From Nannocystis bainbridge (GTDB lineage Bacteria; Myxococcota_A; Polyangia; Nannocystales; Nannocystaceae), in contig NZ_JAQNDL010000005.1 in assembly GCF_028368995.1 (NCBI RefSeq), positions 608,001-672,000 of the forward strand: a stretch of 64,000 nt of DNA. Reading direction: 5' to 3'. The notes under the pieces were generated by a model. The model was not told the DNA's origin. It saw only the letters and a program-made list of their open reading frames with translations, and did not search any database. The position numbers were made by a program, and so were the translations under genes. The stretch's first letter is position 1. Every line of letters begins with the position of its first letter. Shown here piece by piece: positions 31,557 to 41,821 of this stretch.

Positions 31557-32426
31557 ATGACGACCGAAACTCTCCCCACCATCGAACCGATCAGCCTCGC
31601 CCTCGGCGCCGCCGTCACCCGCGTCGATCTCTCGCGCGACCTCTCCGACGAAGCATTCAAGGTCATCGAGCGCGCGTTCCACCAGTACAGCGTGCTCGTC
31701 TTCCCCGGGCAAGACATCACCATCACCGACCAGATGCGCTTCGCTCGCCGCTTCGGCGAATTGGTGGTCCAGGATCACGTCTTGCCGATGACCGTCGAGG
31801 GCCACCCCGAGTGCATGGCCCTCCACAACAACGCGCAAAAGCCCCCCGGTCTCAACAGCTGGCACACCGACAACAGCGGCTGGCTCCGGCCCCCGCTCGG
31901 CACCATGCTGTACGCCAAGATCACGCCCGACCTCGGCGGCGACACCCTGTTCTCCAACATGTACACCGCCTACGAGGCGCTGTCGCGGCCGATGCAGGAG
32001 CTGCTGCTCGGCCTGTCCGCGGTGCACGACGTCAAAAAGGCGTTCGGCGCCGACTTCGCGGCGCTGCAGAACACCCTGCGGAGGACCGGCATCGACCCCG
32101 ACGCCCACTTCGCGCGCTACCAGCCCGTCCCGCACCCGCTGGTGCGGACCCACCCGGGCACCGGGCGGCGGGCGCTCTACCTCTCGGGCCCCTACGTCAC
32201 CCACATCGACGGCCTGTCCCGCGCCGAAAGCCAGGCGATCCTCGAATTCCTCTACCGCCACATCGAGACCCAGGAGTTCATCCATCGCCACCGGTGGCAG
32301 CGCAACGACCTGCTGCTGTGGGACAATCGTTGCGTCCAGCACCTCGCCGTCGCCGACTACTTCCCGCGCGAGCGACTGATGTACCGCCTGAACATCGCCG
32401 GCGAGCGCCCCTTCCTCGACCGCTGA
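31557..32426 (+). CDS. TauD/TfdA family Fe(II)/2-oxoglutarate dioxygenase
   Basis: WHTD, GGDTLFSNMY, HPLVRTHP and WDNRCVQH. Confidence 0.92.
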   Translation: MTTETLPTIEPISLALGAAVTRVDLSRDLSDEAFKVIERAFHQYSVLVFPGQDITITDQMRFARRFGELVVQDHVLPMTVEGHPECMALHNNAQKPPGLNSWHTDNSGWLRPPLGTMLYAKITPDLGGDTLFSNMYTAYEALSRPMQELLLGLSAVHDVKKAFGADFAALQNTLRRTGIDPDAHFARYQPVPHPLVRTHPGTGRRALYLSGPYVTHIDGLSRAESQAILEFLYRHIETQEFIHRHRWQRNDLLLWDNRCVQHLAVADYFPRERLMYRLNIAGERPFLDR

Positions 32427-32467
32427 TTCGCCGGCGCAACGAGCTCCGGGATCCAGTCAATACCCCA

Positions 32468-32490
32468 AAGGACATGTCCCGAAGGACATT
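32468..32490. repeat. 14-bp-period repeat between convergent genes
   Basis: AAGGACATGTCCCGAAGGACATT, with cores at 32473 and 32487. Confidence 0.75.
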
Positions 32491-32527
32491 GACTATATTT
32501 CACTACCATCAAGGCGAATGCTGCGAT

Positions 32528-33244
32528 TCACCGCCTGCGTCGCAGCGCCCGCCAGCCTGCCCCGATCGCCAGCACCGGCGCCAGCAGCAGCCCCTGACTT
32601 ACACGCCGCGGCAGCGCTGCCAGCTCCTCCGTCCGCTGCAGCGCCGCCAGCCAGCCCTGGGCCACCGCGCCCAGCGGGCTCCGGCTCGCGCGCAGGAACA
32701 CCTCCAAAAACAGATCCGACGCCCAGCGGGCGGCGGGGGACGCCTCGGAGTGCGGCAGCGCCTCGAGCCACGCGCAGTACTCCGGGCGGAGCGCGCTCAG
32801 GCGGGCGCCCTCGCGGATCAGCTCGAGGTAGCGCCGCGACGGCGTGCGCTCGCGCTGCAGACGCCTCATGGGGGCTGCGACGAACACCTCGGCGATTACC
32901 TCACGACCGTCATAGGCGATCACCTCGACCTGCTCGCGCACATAGAAGCGATCGCCGCCCTCGCTGCCGACCAGCGCCGCGAACTCGTGCGATCGCAGAC
33001 GCAGCAGCAGCCCGTGGACCTCGGCCGTCGCGTCGCGGCGAATGCTCGCCATCGCCGGGTCTGCGGGCGGCACCCCGGGCATGTCGAACACCAAACGCCA
33101 GCCGCACAGCGTCCCGGGCGTCGCCTCCAGCGGTGCCAGCCCGGCCCTCGCCGAGCGCCTCTGCGGGTGCAGGTTGGAGCCGTAGGCGAAGTACCAGACA
33201 TCTCCCGAGGATCGCGATCTCGTGTCGACCACTACCGATTTCAC
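32528..33244 (-). CDS. Gamma-glutamylcyclotransferase family protein with hydrophobic C-terminal extension
   Basis: WYFAYGSNL, LVFD, VHGLL...EG and PSRRYLELIREGA. Start approximate. Confidence 0.8.
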   Translation of the reverse strand: MKSVVVDTRSRSSGDVWYFAYGSNLHPQRRSARAGLAPLEATPGTLCGWRLVFDMPGVPPADPAMASIRRDATAEVHGLLLRLRSHEFAALVGSEGGDRFYVREQVEVIAYDGREVIAEVFVAAPMRRLQRERTPSRRYLELIREGARLSALRPEYCAWLEALPHSEASPAARWASDLFLEVFLRASRSPLGAVAQGWLAALQRTEELAALPRRVSQGLLLAPVLAIGAGWRALRRRR

Positions 33245-33343
33245 CGCCGCCCCGATGCTATCAGCTTCGTCGCAGCACGGCTCGCGCGTTTGGCGCGATA
33301 GTGCCCCCGGCGCGCGCTGCCTCGCGATCGTCGCGCGTGTATC

Positions 33344-36300
33344 ATGTTTCAGGTGTCGCTCCACGGCTACATCACCGTCGAGGTCCTCCACGAGGGGATG
33401 AAGTCGGAGGTGCGCCGTGCGACGCGAGCTGCCGATGGTCGGCTCGTGATCCTCAAGGTCCCGCGGGCCGAGTCCGTCACTCACCAGCGGCTCGCCGAGC
33501 TGCGCCACGAGTACGACGTCGCCACCCGGCTCAAGCTCGGCGGCGTCGTCCAGGCGCTCGCGCTCGAGGAGCGAGGCCTGCCCTTCCTCGTGTTCGAGGA
33601 CTTCGGCGGCCTGTCGCTGACGCAGTGCTTCCCGTCGAAGGTCGGCGTCGCCAGCTTCCTCGACATCGCCCTCCAGCTGACCGAGACCCTGGCGGCGATC
33701 CACGAGCGCGGCGTCATCCACAAGGACATCAAGCCGGCCAACATCATCCTCAACCCGCGCACCGGCGAGGTGAAGCTGACCGACTTCGCCATCGCCTCCT
33801 CGCTCGCCACCGAGTCCGTCGCGCTCGCCGCTCCCGATCGCCTGGTCGGCACGCTCGCCTACATGGCCCCGGAGCAGACCGGCCGCGTCGGCCGCGGCAT
33901 CGACCAGCGCGCCGACCTCTACGCCCTCGGCGTCACCTTCTTCGAGCTGCTCACCGGCCGGCGCCCGTTCGCCCAGAGCGACGCGATGGAGCTGGTCCAC
34001 GCCCACCTCGCCCGCAGCCCGCCCGAGCCTTTCGGCATCGAGCCCAGCATCGGCCGCGAGCTGTCCGCCATCGTCCTCAAGCTGATGGCCAAGAACGTCG
34101 ACGAGCGCTACCGCAGCGCCCACGCGCTGCGGGCCGACCTCGAGTACGTGCGCGCCACGCTCGGCGGCGACGCCACCCCGACCGCCGCGCGGCCGCGTCC
34201 CAGCGCCGAGTTTCGCCTGCCGCAGCGGCTCTACGGCCGCGCCGACGAGCGCGCCCGCCTGCTCGCCGCCTTCGAGCACGCCGCCGCCGGCGAGCGCGGC
34301 CTGGCCCTCATCGCCGGCTGGTCGGGCACCGGCAAGTCCGCCCTCGTCCACGAGCTCCACCAGCCGATCGTCGCCCGCCGCGGCCACTTCATCGCCGGCA
34401 AGTTCGATCAGTACAACCGCCACGTCCCGTTCGCCTCGCTGCTGCAGACCCTGCGTCAGCTCGTCGAGCTGGTGCTCGCCAGCCCGCTCGCCGAGGTCGA
34501 GCGCTGGCGTCGTCGCCTCGTCGAAGCTCTCGGCGCGCACGTGGCCGTGCTCGTCGACACCCTGCCCGACCTCGCGCACGTCGTCGGCGACCAGCCCCCG
34601 CCGCCGCCGGTCTCGCCGGCCGAGGCGCAGAACCGCCTGCACCTGGCCGTGCTGCGCTTCTTCGGCGTGTTCGCCGACAAGGGCCACCCGCTCGTGGTCT
34701 TCCTCGACGACCTGCAGTGGGCCGACGCCGCCACCCTGCGCCTGCTCGTCGCCCTCCTCGGCGACCTCGACCTGCGCCACGTCCTCGTCATCGGCGCCTA
34801 TCGCGACCACGAGGTCGACGCCTATCACCCGCTGCGCAAGGCCATCGCCGAGCTCGATCGCACCGGCGCGACGATCGAGCGCATCGAGCTGACCCCGCTC
34901 GCGCTCGCCGACGTCGCCGCGATCGTCGCCGACGCGCTCGCCGAGACCCCCGCCGCCGTCGCCGACCTGGCCGCCGAGGTCCACCAGCGCACCGAGGGCA
35001 ACCCGCTGTTCGTGCGCGAGTTCCTGCGCGTCCTCCACGGCGACGAGCTGATCCGCTTCTCGCCCGAGCACGGCCGCTGGACCTGGGACCTCGCGGCCCT
35101 GCGCGCCGCCAGCATCCCCGACGACGTCGCCGATCTGCTGCTCGAGCGGATCCGCCGGCTCACGCCCGACGTCCGCGCCCTGCTCACCTGCGCCGCCTGC
35201 ATCGGCGCCGGGTTCGACCTCGACACTCTGGCCGCCGCCGCCGGCAGCTCGAGCAGCGAGATCGGGCCCGCGCTGTGGGAGTCGATCGGCCGCGGCCTCG
35301 TCGTCCCGATCGACCCCGAGTACCGCCTGTTGCCGTACGGCCACGGCGGTCAGCTGCCCAACGTCCGCCTGCGCTTCCTCCACGACCGCGTGCGCCAGGC
35401 CGCCTACACCCTCGTCGACGCCGACGCGCGCCCGCGCATGCACCTGGCGATCGGCCGCCACCTGCTGGCCACCCTGACCTCGCGCGATCGCTCCGAGCTG
35501 CTCGCGGCCGTCTCGCACCTCAACCTCGGTCGCGCCGAGCTCACCACCGCGGACGAGCGCACCGAGCTCGCCGCGCTCGACCTCGAGGCTGGCCGGCGGG
35601 CCAAGGCCGCCACCGCCTACGACGCCGCCGTCGGGTTCTTGCGCGTCGGCGCCGAGCTGCTCGGCCCCGATCACTGGCATAGCCACTACCCCCTCATCTA
35701 CGCCCTCCACCTCGAGCTCGCCGAGTGCGAGTACCTGTGCGGCGACTTCGCCCGCGCCGAGCAGGCCTTCGACGTCCTGCTCGCCCACGCCGCCTCGCGC
35801 CGCGACGCCCTCGCCGCCCGCTCGCTGCGGGTCGTCCTCTACGTCACCATCGGCCGCTCCGGTGACGCCCTCACCACCGGCGTCGAGGCCCTGCGCCTCG
35901 CCGGCCTCGCCGTGCCCGACGGCGACGACGCCCTGCGCCAGGCCGCCGCCCGCGAGCGCGACGCTCTGCAGCGCCGCCTGGACGGCGCCACGATCGCCGC
36001 CCTCGCCGCTCGCCCGCGCGCCACCGACCCCGAGTTCTGCTCGCTCATCAAGCTCGTCACCGACCTGCTCGCCCCGTCCCAGCTCAATCACCAGCCGCTG
36101 TTCGAGTACCTCTGCCTGGCGCAGATCAACCTCAGCCTCGAGCACGGCCACGCCGACGCCTCGCCCTACGGCTACCTCGTCTACGCCTTTTACCTCACCA
36201 CCTCGCGCGGCGCCGTGCGCGAGGCCCACGAGTTCGGCGAGGCCGCGCTCGCCGTCAACGAGCGCCTCGGCAACCTCGACCAGGTCCCGCGCCTGAGCTT

Positions 36301-38524
36301 CGTGTTCGGCTCGATCCTCCACTACTACCGCCCGCTGCCCGAGGTGCTCGAGTACCTCGAGCGCGCGCGCTTCCACGGCCTCGAGACCGGCGACTACATC
36401 TTCGTCTCCTACGCCTGCTCGCACTCCGCGATCGTCCAGTTCGGCGCCGGCACCCCGCTGCGCTCGGTCGCCGCCCAGACCGACGAATACCTCCACCTCA
36501 TGCAGCGCACCCGCGTCGCCTCCTCGACCGCCGCGCTGCGGGTGGTCCGGCGCCTCGTCGCCTGCCTGCAGGGCGAGACCGACGGCGCCACCAGCCTGCA
36601 CGGCGACGACTTCGACGAGGACGCATTCTTCGCCGCCGCCGAGCAGGGCCGCCTGACCTTCGCCACTCTGTGGTTCTGCATCGCCAAGCTCTACCTGTGC
36701 CTGCTGTACGGTCAGCTCGACGCGGCCCAGCGGTGGATGCAGGCCGCCGAGCAGCGCCTCCTCAACTCCTCCTGGTACCTCACCACCGAGCTCGCCTTCT
36801 ACTCGGCGCTGGTCCACGCCGCCCTGCTGCGCCGCGGCAGCGGCGACCTCGAGGCCTCACGGGCTCGCCTCGAAGCGCTGCGCGAGCGCTACGCGGTGTG
36901 GGCCGCCTCGTGCCCCGAGAACTTCGCCGGCAAGCTCGCGCTCATCGACGCCGAGCGGGCCGCGATCGCCGGCGACGGCCTCGCCGCGCTCACCGCCTAT
37001 GACGCCGCGATCGCCGGCTCGCACCGCGCCGGCGCCATGGCCACCGAGGCGCTCGCCGCCGAGCTCGCGGGCGCGTTCCACCTCAAAGCCGGGCGCGACA
37101 GCATGGCCGCCGCCGCGCTCGCCGACGCCGAGGCCGTCTATCGCCGCTGGGGCGCCGCCCCGCGGGCCGACGCCCTGCTGGCCGCGCACGGCAACCTGTT
37201 CCGCACCTACTTGCCGCGGGCCGTCGCGCGCCCGCTGCTCATCGGCGAGTCGCTCGAGACCTCGATCGTCACCGCCACCTCGGTCGACCCGCGGCTCGAC
37301 CTCTCGAGCGCGATCAAGGCCGCCGAGACCTTCGCCGTCGAGGTCGACCGCCAGGCGCTGCTGCGCAAGTTCATGGCGATCCTCGTCGAGAACGCCGGCG
37401 CCGATCGGGGCGCGCTCGCCCTCGCCACCAGCGGCGGCCTCGTCGTCGTCGCCAGCTACGCCGCCGAACACGGCGTCGTCCTCCACGACGACCTCCCGAT
37501 CAGCGAGGCCGACGTGCCCGCGGGGCTCGTGCGGGTCTGTCAGCGCAGCGGCCGGGTGCTCCTGCCCGAAGACGTCGACAACAACCCCAGCCTGCTCGGC
37601 GCCTACCTGCTGCGCGTGCGCCCGCTGTCGCTCGCCTGCTTCCCGCTGCTCAGCCGCGGCCAGCGGATCGGCGCGCTCTACCTCGAGAACCGCGCGATAT
37701 GGGGCGCCTTCACGCCGCACCGGCTCGAGATCCTGCGCCTCCTCACCACCCAGCTGGCGATCGCCATCGAGAACGCGCGCATGTTCACCGCCCTCGACGA
37801 GGCCCGCCGCGCCGCCGAGGAGGCCAGCGTCGCCAAGAGCCGCTTCATGCTCAACGTCAGCCACGAGCTGCGGACCCCGCTCAACTGGATCATCGGCGCC
37901 TCCGAGATGCTCGGCGACGAGGCCGCCGACGACGGCCTCGAGACCATCGCCCGCGACCTCGAGAAGATCTCGCGGGCCGGCCGCGGCCTGCTCGGCATCA
38001 TCTCCGACGTCCTCGACATCACCCAGCTCGAGTCCGGCCGCCTCGTGCTCGCCGCCGCCGGCTTCCCGATCGGCGAGGTCGTCCGCGAGGTCGTCGAGGC
38101 CAACCTCGCCGAGGTCGAGCGCAATCACTCGACGCTGCGCGTCCACGTCGACCCGCCGCAATTCGAGGTCGTGCACGACCGGGCCAAGCTCGCCCAGGTG
38201 ATCGGCAGCCTCGTCCGCAACGCTTCTCGCTTCACCGAGCGCGGCACCATCGACCTGCGCGTCTCCTGTCGCGGCGACCGCCTGGTCGTCGAGGTCGCCG
38301 ACACCGGCATCGGCATGAGCAAGCAGCAGCGCACCAAGATCTTCGACGCCTTCAGCCAGGTCGACGACTCGCCCACCCGCAAGGTCGGCGGCATGGGCCT
38401 CGGCCTCGCCATCTGCCGCCGCCTGTGCGAGCGCATGGGCGGCACGATCTCCGTCGTCAGCGAGCTCGGCACCGGCTCGACCTTCACCATCGACCTGCCG
38501 CGCATCCTCGGCCCTGGCCGCTGA
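33344..38524 (+). CDS. Hybrid Ser/Thr kinase - AAA ATPase - TPR - GAF - histidine kinase
   Basis: Kinase: HKDIKPAN, TDFA, GTLAYMAPEQTG. ATPase: Walker A GWSGTGKS and LDDLQWAD. GAF: LYLEN. Histidine kinase: H-box SHELRTPLN, DTGIGM and GLGLAI. Confidence 0.92.
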   Translation: MFQVSLHGYITVEVLHEGMKSEVRRATRAADGRLVILKVPRAESVTHQRLAELRHEYDVATRLKLGGVVQALALEERGLPFLVFEDFGGLSLTQCFPSKVGVASFLDIALQLTETLAAIHERGVIHKDIKPANIILNPRTGEVKLTDFAIASSLATESVALAAPDRLVGTLAYMAPEQTGRVGRGIDQRADLYALGVTFFELLTGRRPFAQSDAMELVHAHLARSPPEPFGIEPSIGRELSAIVLKLMAKNVDERYRSAHALRADLEYVRATLGGDATPTAARPRPSAEFRLPQRLYGRADERARLLAAFEHAAAGERGLALIAGWSGTGKSALVHELHQPIVARRGHFIAGKFDQYNRHVPFASLLQTLRQLVELVLASPLAEVERWRRRLVEALGAHVAVLVDTLPDLAHVVGDQPPPPPVSPAEAQNRLHLAVLRFFGVFADKGHPLVVFLDDLQWADAATLRLLVALLGDLDLRHVLVIGAYRDHEVDAYHPLRKAIAELDRTGATIERIELTPLALADVAAIVADALAETPAAVADLAAEVHQRTEGNPLFVREFLRVLHGDELIRFSPEHGRWTWDLAALRAASIPDDVADLLLERIRRLTPDVRALLTCAACIGAGFDLDTLAAAAGSSSSEIGPALWESIGRGLVVPIDPEYRLLPYGHGGQLPNVRLRFLHDRVRQAAYTLVDADARPRMHLAIGRHLLATLTSRDRSELLAAVSHLNLGRAELTTADERTELAALDLEAGRRAKAATAYDAAVGFLRVGAELLGPDHWHSHYPLIYALHLELAECEYLCGDFARAEQAFDVLLAHAASRRDALAARSLRVVLYVTIGRSGDALTTGVEALRLAGLAVPDGDDALRQAAARERDALQRRLDGATIAALAARPRATDPEFCSLIKLVTDLLAPSQLNHQPLFEYLCLAQINLSLEHGHADASPYGYLVYAFYLTTSRGAVREAHEFGEAALAVNERLGNLDQVPRLSFVFGSILHYYRPLPEVLEYLERARFHGLETGDYIFVSYACSHSAIVQFGAGTPLRSVAAQTDEYLHLMQRTRVASSTAALRVVRRLVACLQGETDGATSLHGDDFDEDAFFAAAEQGRLTFATLWFCIAKLYLCLLYGQLDAAQRWMQAAEQRLLNSSWYLTTELAFYSALVHAALLRRGSGDLEASRARLEALRERYAVWAASCPENFAGKLALIDAERAAIAGDGLAALTAYDAAIAGSHRAGAMATEALAAELAGAFHLKAGRDSMAAAALADAEAVYRRWGAAPRADALLAAHGNLFRTYLPRAVARPLLIGESLETSIVTATSVDPRLDLSSAIKAAETFAVEVDRQALLRKFMAILVENAGADRGALALATSGGLVVVASYAAEHGVVLHDDLPISEADVPAGLVRVCQRSGRVLLPEDVDNNPSLLGAYLLRVRPLSLACFPLLSRGQRIGALYLENRAIWGAFTPHRLEILRLLTTQLAIAIENARMFTALDEARRAAEEASVAKSRFMLNVSHELRTPLNWIIGASEMLGDEAADDGLETIARDLEKISRAGRGLLGIISDVLDITQLESGRLVLAAAGFPIGEVVREVVEANLAEVERNHSTLRVHVDPPQFEVVHDRAKLAQVIGSLVRNASRFTERGTIDLRVSCRGDRLVVEVADTGIGMSKQQRTKIFDAFSQVDDSPTRKVGGMGLGLAICRRLCERMGGTISVVSELGTGSTFTIDLPRILGPGR

Positions 38525-38574
38525 AATTTCGCGCGGTTCCGAACGAGCGCGCCCGTTCGTCGGCATTCATCGCA

Positions 38575-38592
38575 CCTGTCCCTACGGACATC
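38575..38592. repeat. 14-bp-period repeat copy
   Basis: CCTGTCCCTACGGACATC, with cores at 38575 and 38589. Confidence 0.6.
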
Positions 38593-38771
38593 TCACCCTC
38601 GCCGCGGCCGCGACCCGAGATCGGCGTTCGGCGCGAGACCCGACCTCCCGAGCCGGCCCCGCAATTGCGGCCGTTCGCCCTCGGCCCTCGGCGTTCGCGG
38701 CTACGGACGCGCCGGATGTTCGCCTCCTCGCGGCCTCGCTAGCATCCTCGGCTCGCGTAGGAGGTTGTTGC

Positions 38772-39206
38772 ATGACCGCTGTCTCGACCCGTGCCACGGG
38801 CATCCATCACGTCTCGATCACCGTCAATGACTACGAGCGCTCGCGGGCGTTCTACACCCGTTTGTTCGAGCTCCTCGGCGGCCAGGTCGTCATGGACGTC
38901 GTCGGCGCCCCGCACAAGCACGAGGGTTGCCGCATGATGCTGCTCGCCGCTGGCGCCTTCATGCTCGGCGTGTGGGAGGCCGCCCCCGAGCACCGCGGCC
39001 GCGCCTTCGATCGCTACAGCGTCGGCCTCCACCACTTCGCCATCGCCGTCGAGTCGCGGGCCGCGATCGACGAGGTCCACCGGCGGCTCGTCGACGCCGG
39101 CGTCGAGATCCTCGACGCGCCCGCCGAGTACCCGTACGCCCCTGGTTACTACGCCGTCTTCTTCAACGACCCCGACGGCATCAAGCTCGAGCTCGTGCAC
39201 GTGTAG
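38772..39206 (+). CDS. VOC/glyoxalase family protein
   Basis: IHHVSITV, GLHHFAI and YYAVFFNDPDGIKLEL. AGGAGG RBS. Confidence 0.88.
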   Translation: MTAVSTRATGIHHVSITVNDYERSRAFYTRLFELLGGQVVMDVVGAPHKHEGCRMMLLAAGAFMLGVWEAAPEHRGRAFDRYSVGLHHFAIAVESRAAIDEVHRRLVDAGVEILDAPAEYPYAPGYYAVFFNDPDGIKLELVHV

Positions 39207-40404
39207 CCAGCCCGAACGTCCGCCCCAGCTCGTCCAGCCAGTCCGCCTCGGTGCGGCTGGCGTCGATCGTCAGCGCCGGGCTCGGCGGCGCCGACCCGGC
39301 CAGCTCGCGGACCCCGCCCGTCAGCATCAGCATCGCGCGCTCGCCCGGCGTCACCTGGCCCTCGGCGATCGCCTTGAGCACCCCGACGCCGGTGAGCAGA
39401 CCTGTCTTTTCGACCACCTCGTCCGAGCCCGGCAGCCGCGAGAACTCGAACCCCGCCGCCTGCATGCGCGCCAGCAGCGGCCCGCCGTGGCGCGCAACGT
39501 CCTCCTCGGACAGCGCCAGCATCTCCCCGCCGACCTCGCGCAGCAGCGCTGCCAGGCGCGCGTACTCGCGGGACGGATCGGTGTTGTAGAGCCCTGGCTC
39601 GAGGTAGCGGTCCGGCTCCGGGCGCACGTGCTCGCGCCCCAGCGTCGGCTCGCCCGCCTGCCACGCGCGCACGATCGGCGCGTTGGCCTCCTGCTGGAAC
39701 CCGAGGAACCGCGGCACCTCGCTCCGGCGCAAAAGCCCCGCCCGCCGCAGCGCCGCGAAGCATTGATAGATCCCCGCCGGCCCGAAGCCTGCGCACACCG
39801 TCTGCGCCAGACAATCGATCCGCCCCAGCGCCGCCGCGCTCTCGAGCACGAACATCGCCCGCACCGCCGACGCTGCCATTCGCCAGCGCACATCGGGCAC
39901 GTGCGCCATCCCGAACCGCTCGGCGAAGCTGCGCGCGATCTGCTTGATCTCGGGCTCCGGCAGATCGACCGCGATCAGGTGCACGCCCGCGCCGAAGTGA
40001 TCGGCGCGCTGCTTGTAGAGCGTGCGGCGCGGCTGGAACAGGAACGCTTCGATCCCCGCGCGCGTCGCATAGGCCGCCAGCGCCGCGCTCAGGTTGCCGC
40101 CCGACGACGCCACCACCCGCGTCACCTTCGCCCGCCGCAGCAGCGCCAGCGACAGGCACGCGTCGAGCGCCTTGTACGTGCCGGTGAACATCCGGCTCGA
40201 CTCGTCGCAGACGATCACCTCGCGCTCGCCCTCGCCCGCCAGCGCGAACGTCGTCGCCCCCTCGCCATGCGAGCAGGCCTCGAGGTCCGCCAGCGTCACG
40301 TCGACCGCCGGCCCCGGCACCGCCAGCACCTTGTGATAGCGCAGCAGGAGGCTCTGCGAGGCCGCGAACCGCCGATCGATCAAGGATCGCCACTGCTCTG
40401 CCAT
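39181..40404 (-). CDS. Divergent threonine synthase-like PLP enzyme (fold II)
   Basis: MFTGTYKAL (PLP lysine), ASSGGNLSAALAAYA, AGFGPAG and GFQQEANAPIV. Start may be 40431. Confidence 0.7.
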   Translation of the reverse strand: MAEQWRSLIDRRFAASQSLLLRYHKVLAVPGPAVDVTLADLEACSHGEGATTFALAGEGEREVIVCDESSRMFTGTYKALDACLSLALLRRAKVTRVVASSGGNLSAALAAYATRAGIEAFLFQPRRTLYKQRADHFGAGVHLIAVDLPEPEIKQIARSFAERFGMAHVPDVRWRMAASAVRAMFVLESAAALGRIDCLAQTVCAGFGPAGIYQCFAALRRAGLLRRSEVPRFLGFQQEANAPIVRAWQAGEPTLGREHVRPEPDRYLEPGLYNTDPSREYARLAALLREVGGEMLALSEEDVARHGGPLLARMQAAGFEFSRLPGSDEVVEKTGLLTGVGVLKAIAEGQVTPGERAMLMLTGGVRELAGSAPPSPALTIDASRTEADWLDELGRTFGLATRARARA

Positions 40405-40603
40405 CCCCGCACCCACCGCGCCGAGACCCATGGTCCGCGGCGCGCGTCGCCCTGTCAAACACCGCCGCTGCGCGAGCGAGATCGCGACGGCGACCTCGGC
40501 GCGCGAGGAGTCTTCTCAGGCCGCGGAGGATGACGCGACGAACCTCGCGCGCATGGCGACGCGTCGCGCCCTCCGATACGATGCTCGCCCCGGTGGTGGC
40601 ACG

Positions 40604-41701
40604 GTGGCGCTGCTCAAGATCGAATACCGCGACCCGATCGAGCCCGTGAGCGGCCTGCTGGTGATCGATCGCCTCGTCGACGGCGTGTGTGCCGGCGGCC
40701 TGCGGATCGCCGCCGACGTCGAGGCCGACGAGATCGCCGCGCTCGCCCGCAACATGACCCGCAAGCAGGCCGCGTACGCCTTGCCGGTCGGTGGCGCCAA
40801 GGCCGGCTTGAGGATGGCCCCCGATCACCCCGCGCGCGGCGAAGTCCTGCGTCGCTTCCTCTCGACCGTCGCCCCGCTCATCGAGCGCAGTTGGTCGGTC
40901 GGCCCCGACCTCAACACCACCATGGCCGAGCTGCAGCGGGCCGCCGGCGACGTCGGCCTGCCCTGCCTCAAGCTCGCCGTCGGCCGCAGCCGCGGCCTCG
41001 CCGATCGCGAGTTCCTGCGCCGCTACGCCATGCTCGACGGCGCGATCGACGGCTGGTCGGTGCACGCCTTACGCGCGCCCGCGGCCGTGCGCGCCGCCAC
41101 CCTCGCGCTCGCCCGCGCTCTCGGCCGCAGCTCCGGCCTGCGGGTCGCCATCCAGGGCGCCGGCGCCATGGGCGGCGGCGCGGCCTACCTCCTCGATCGC
41201 ATCGGCTGCCGCGTCGTCGCCTGGGCCGACGATCTCCGCTGCCTCGTCGACGAGGGCGGCCTCGACGTCGCTACCCTGCTGGCCGGCCGGCGCGAAGGTC
41301 GGCTGCCCGCCGTCCCCGGCGAAGCTCGCCCCTCCGCGGAGATCCTGCACGTCCCCTGCGACCTCCTGATCCTCGCCGCCGTCTCGCGCGCCGTCGCCGT
41401 CGACGCCGTCCCGCGGCTCGGCTGCGCCGGCGTCGTCGAGGCCGCCAACCTCGCCCTCGCCCCCGACGTCGCCGACGCCCTGCACGCCGCCGGCGTCCTC
41501 GTCATCCCCGACCTGCTCGCCAGCGCCGGCGGCTCGCTCGCCGTCGAGGCCCTCTACGCCGGCGACCCCAGCGGCCCCGCCGACGTCCTCGCCCACGTCG
41601 AGCGCCGCGTCGCCGCCCGCGTCGAACATGTCCTCGCGGACAGCCGCACCACCGGCCGCTCCCCGCGCGCGCTGCTCGAGGAGGCCCTCGATGGCCGCTG
41701 A
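40604..41701 (+). CDS. Glu/Leu/Phe/Val dehydrogenase family protein
   Basis: AGGLR, MTRK, GGAKAG, GPDLNT, IQGAGAMG, EAAN and PDLLASAGG. Confidence 0.85.
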   Translation: MALLKIEYRDPIEPVSGLLVIDRLVDGVCAGGLRIAADVEADEIAALARNMTRKQAAYALPVGGAKAGLRMAPDHPARGEVLRRFLSTVAPLIERSWSVGPDLNTTMAELQRAAGDVGLPCLKLAVGRSRGLADREFLRRYAMLDGAIDGWSVHALRAPAAVRAATLALARALGRSSGLRVAIQGAGAMGGGAAYLLDRIGCRVVAWADDLRCLVDEGGLDVATLLAGRREGRLPAVPGEARPSAEILHVPCDLLILAAVSRAVAVDAVPRLGCAGVVEAANLALAPDVADALHAAGVLVIPDLLASAGGSLAVEALYAGDPSGPADVLAHVERRVAARVEHVLADSRTTGRSPRALLEEALDGR

Positions 41702-41795
41702 TGTGACATGTCCCTCGGGACACATCACGACCGGCCGCGCCCGCCCCGCCGCGGCGCGCACATTCCCCTCGGGACATGTCCCTAAAAACATGTCT
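41700..41795. repeat. Two 14-bp-period repeat arrays between the dehydrogenase and aminotransferase genes
   Basis: Cores at 41707 and 41721, and at 41761, 41775 and 41789. Confidence 0.8.
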
Positions 41796-41821
41796 GAACG
41801 AGCAGCGCGTCGGGGGACCCC

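Noticed and set aside
33245-36817. N-terminal ~1190 aa of the 1429-aa minus-strand ORF
   Set aside because: Antisense to the kinase gene. Only the last ~240 aa (GGCT) look real.
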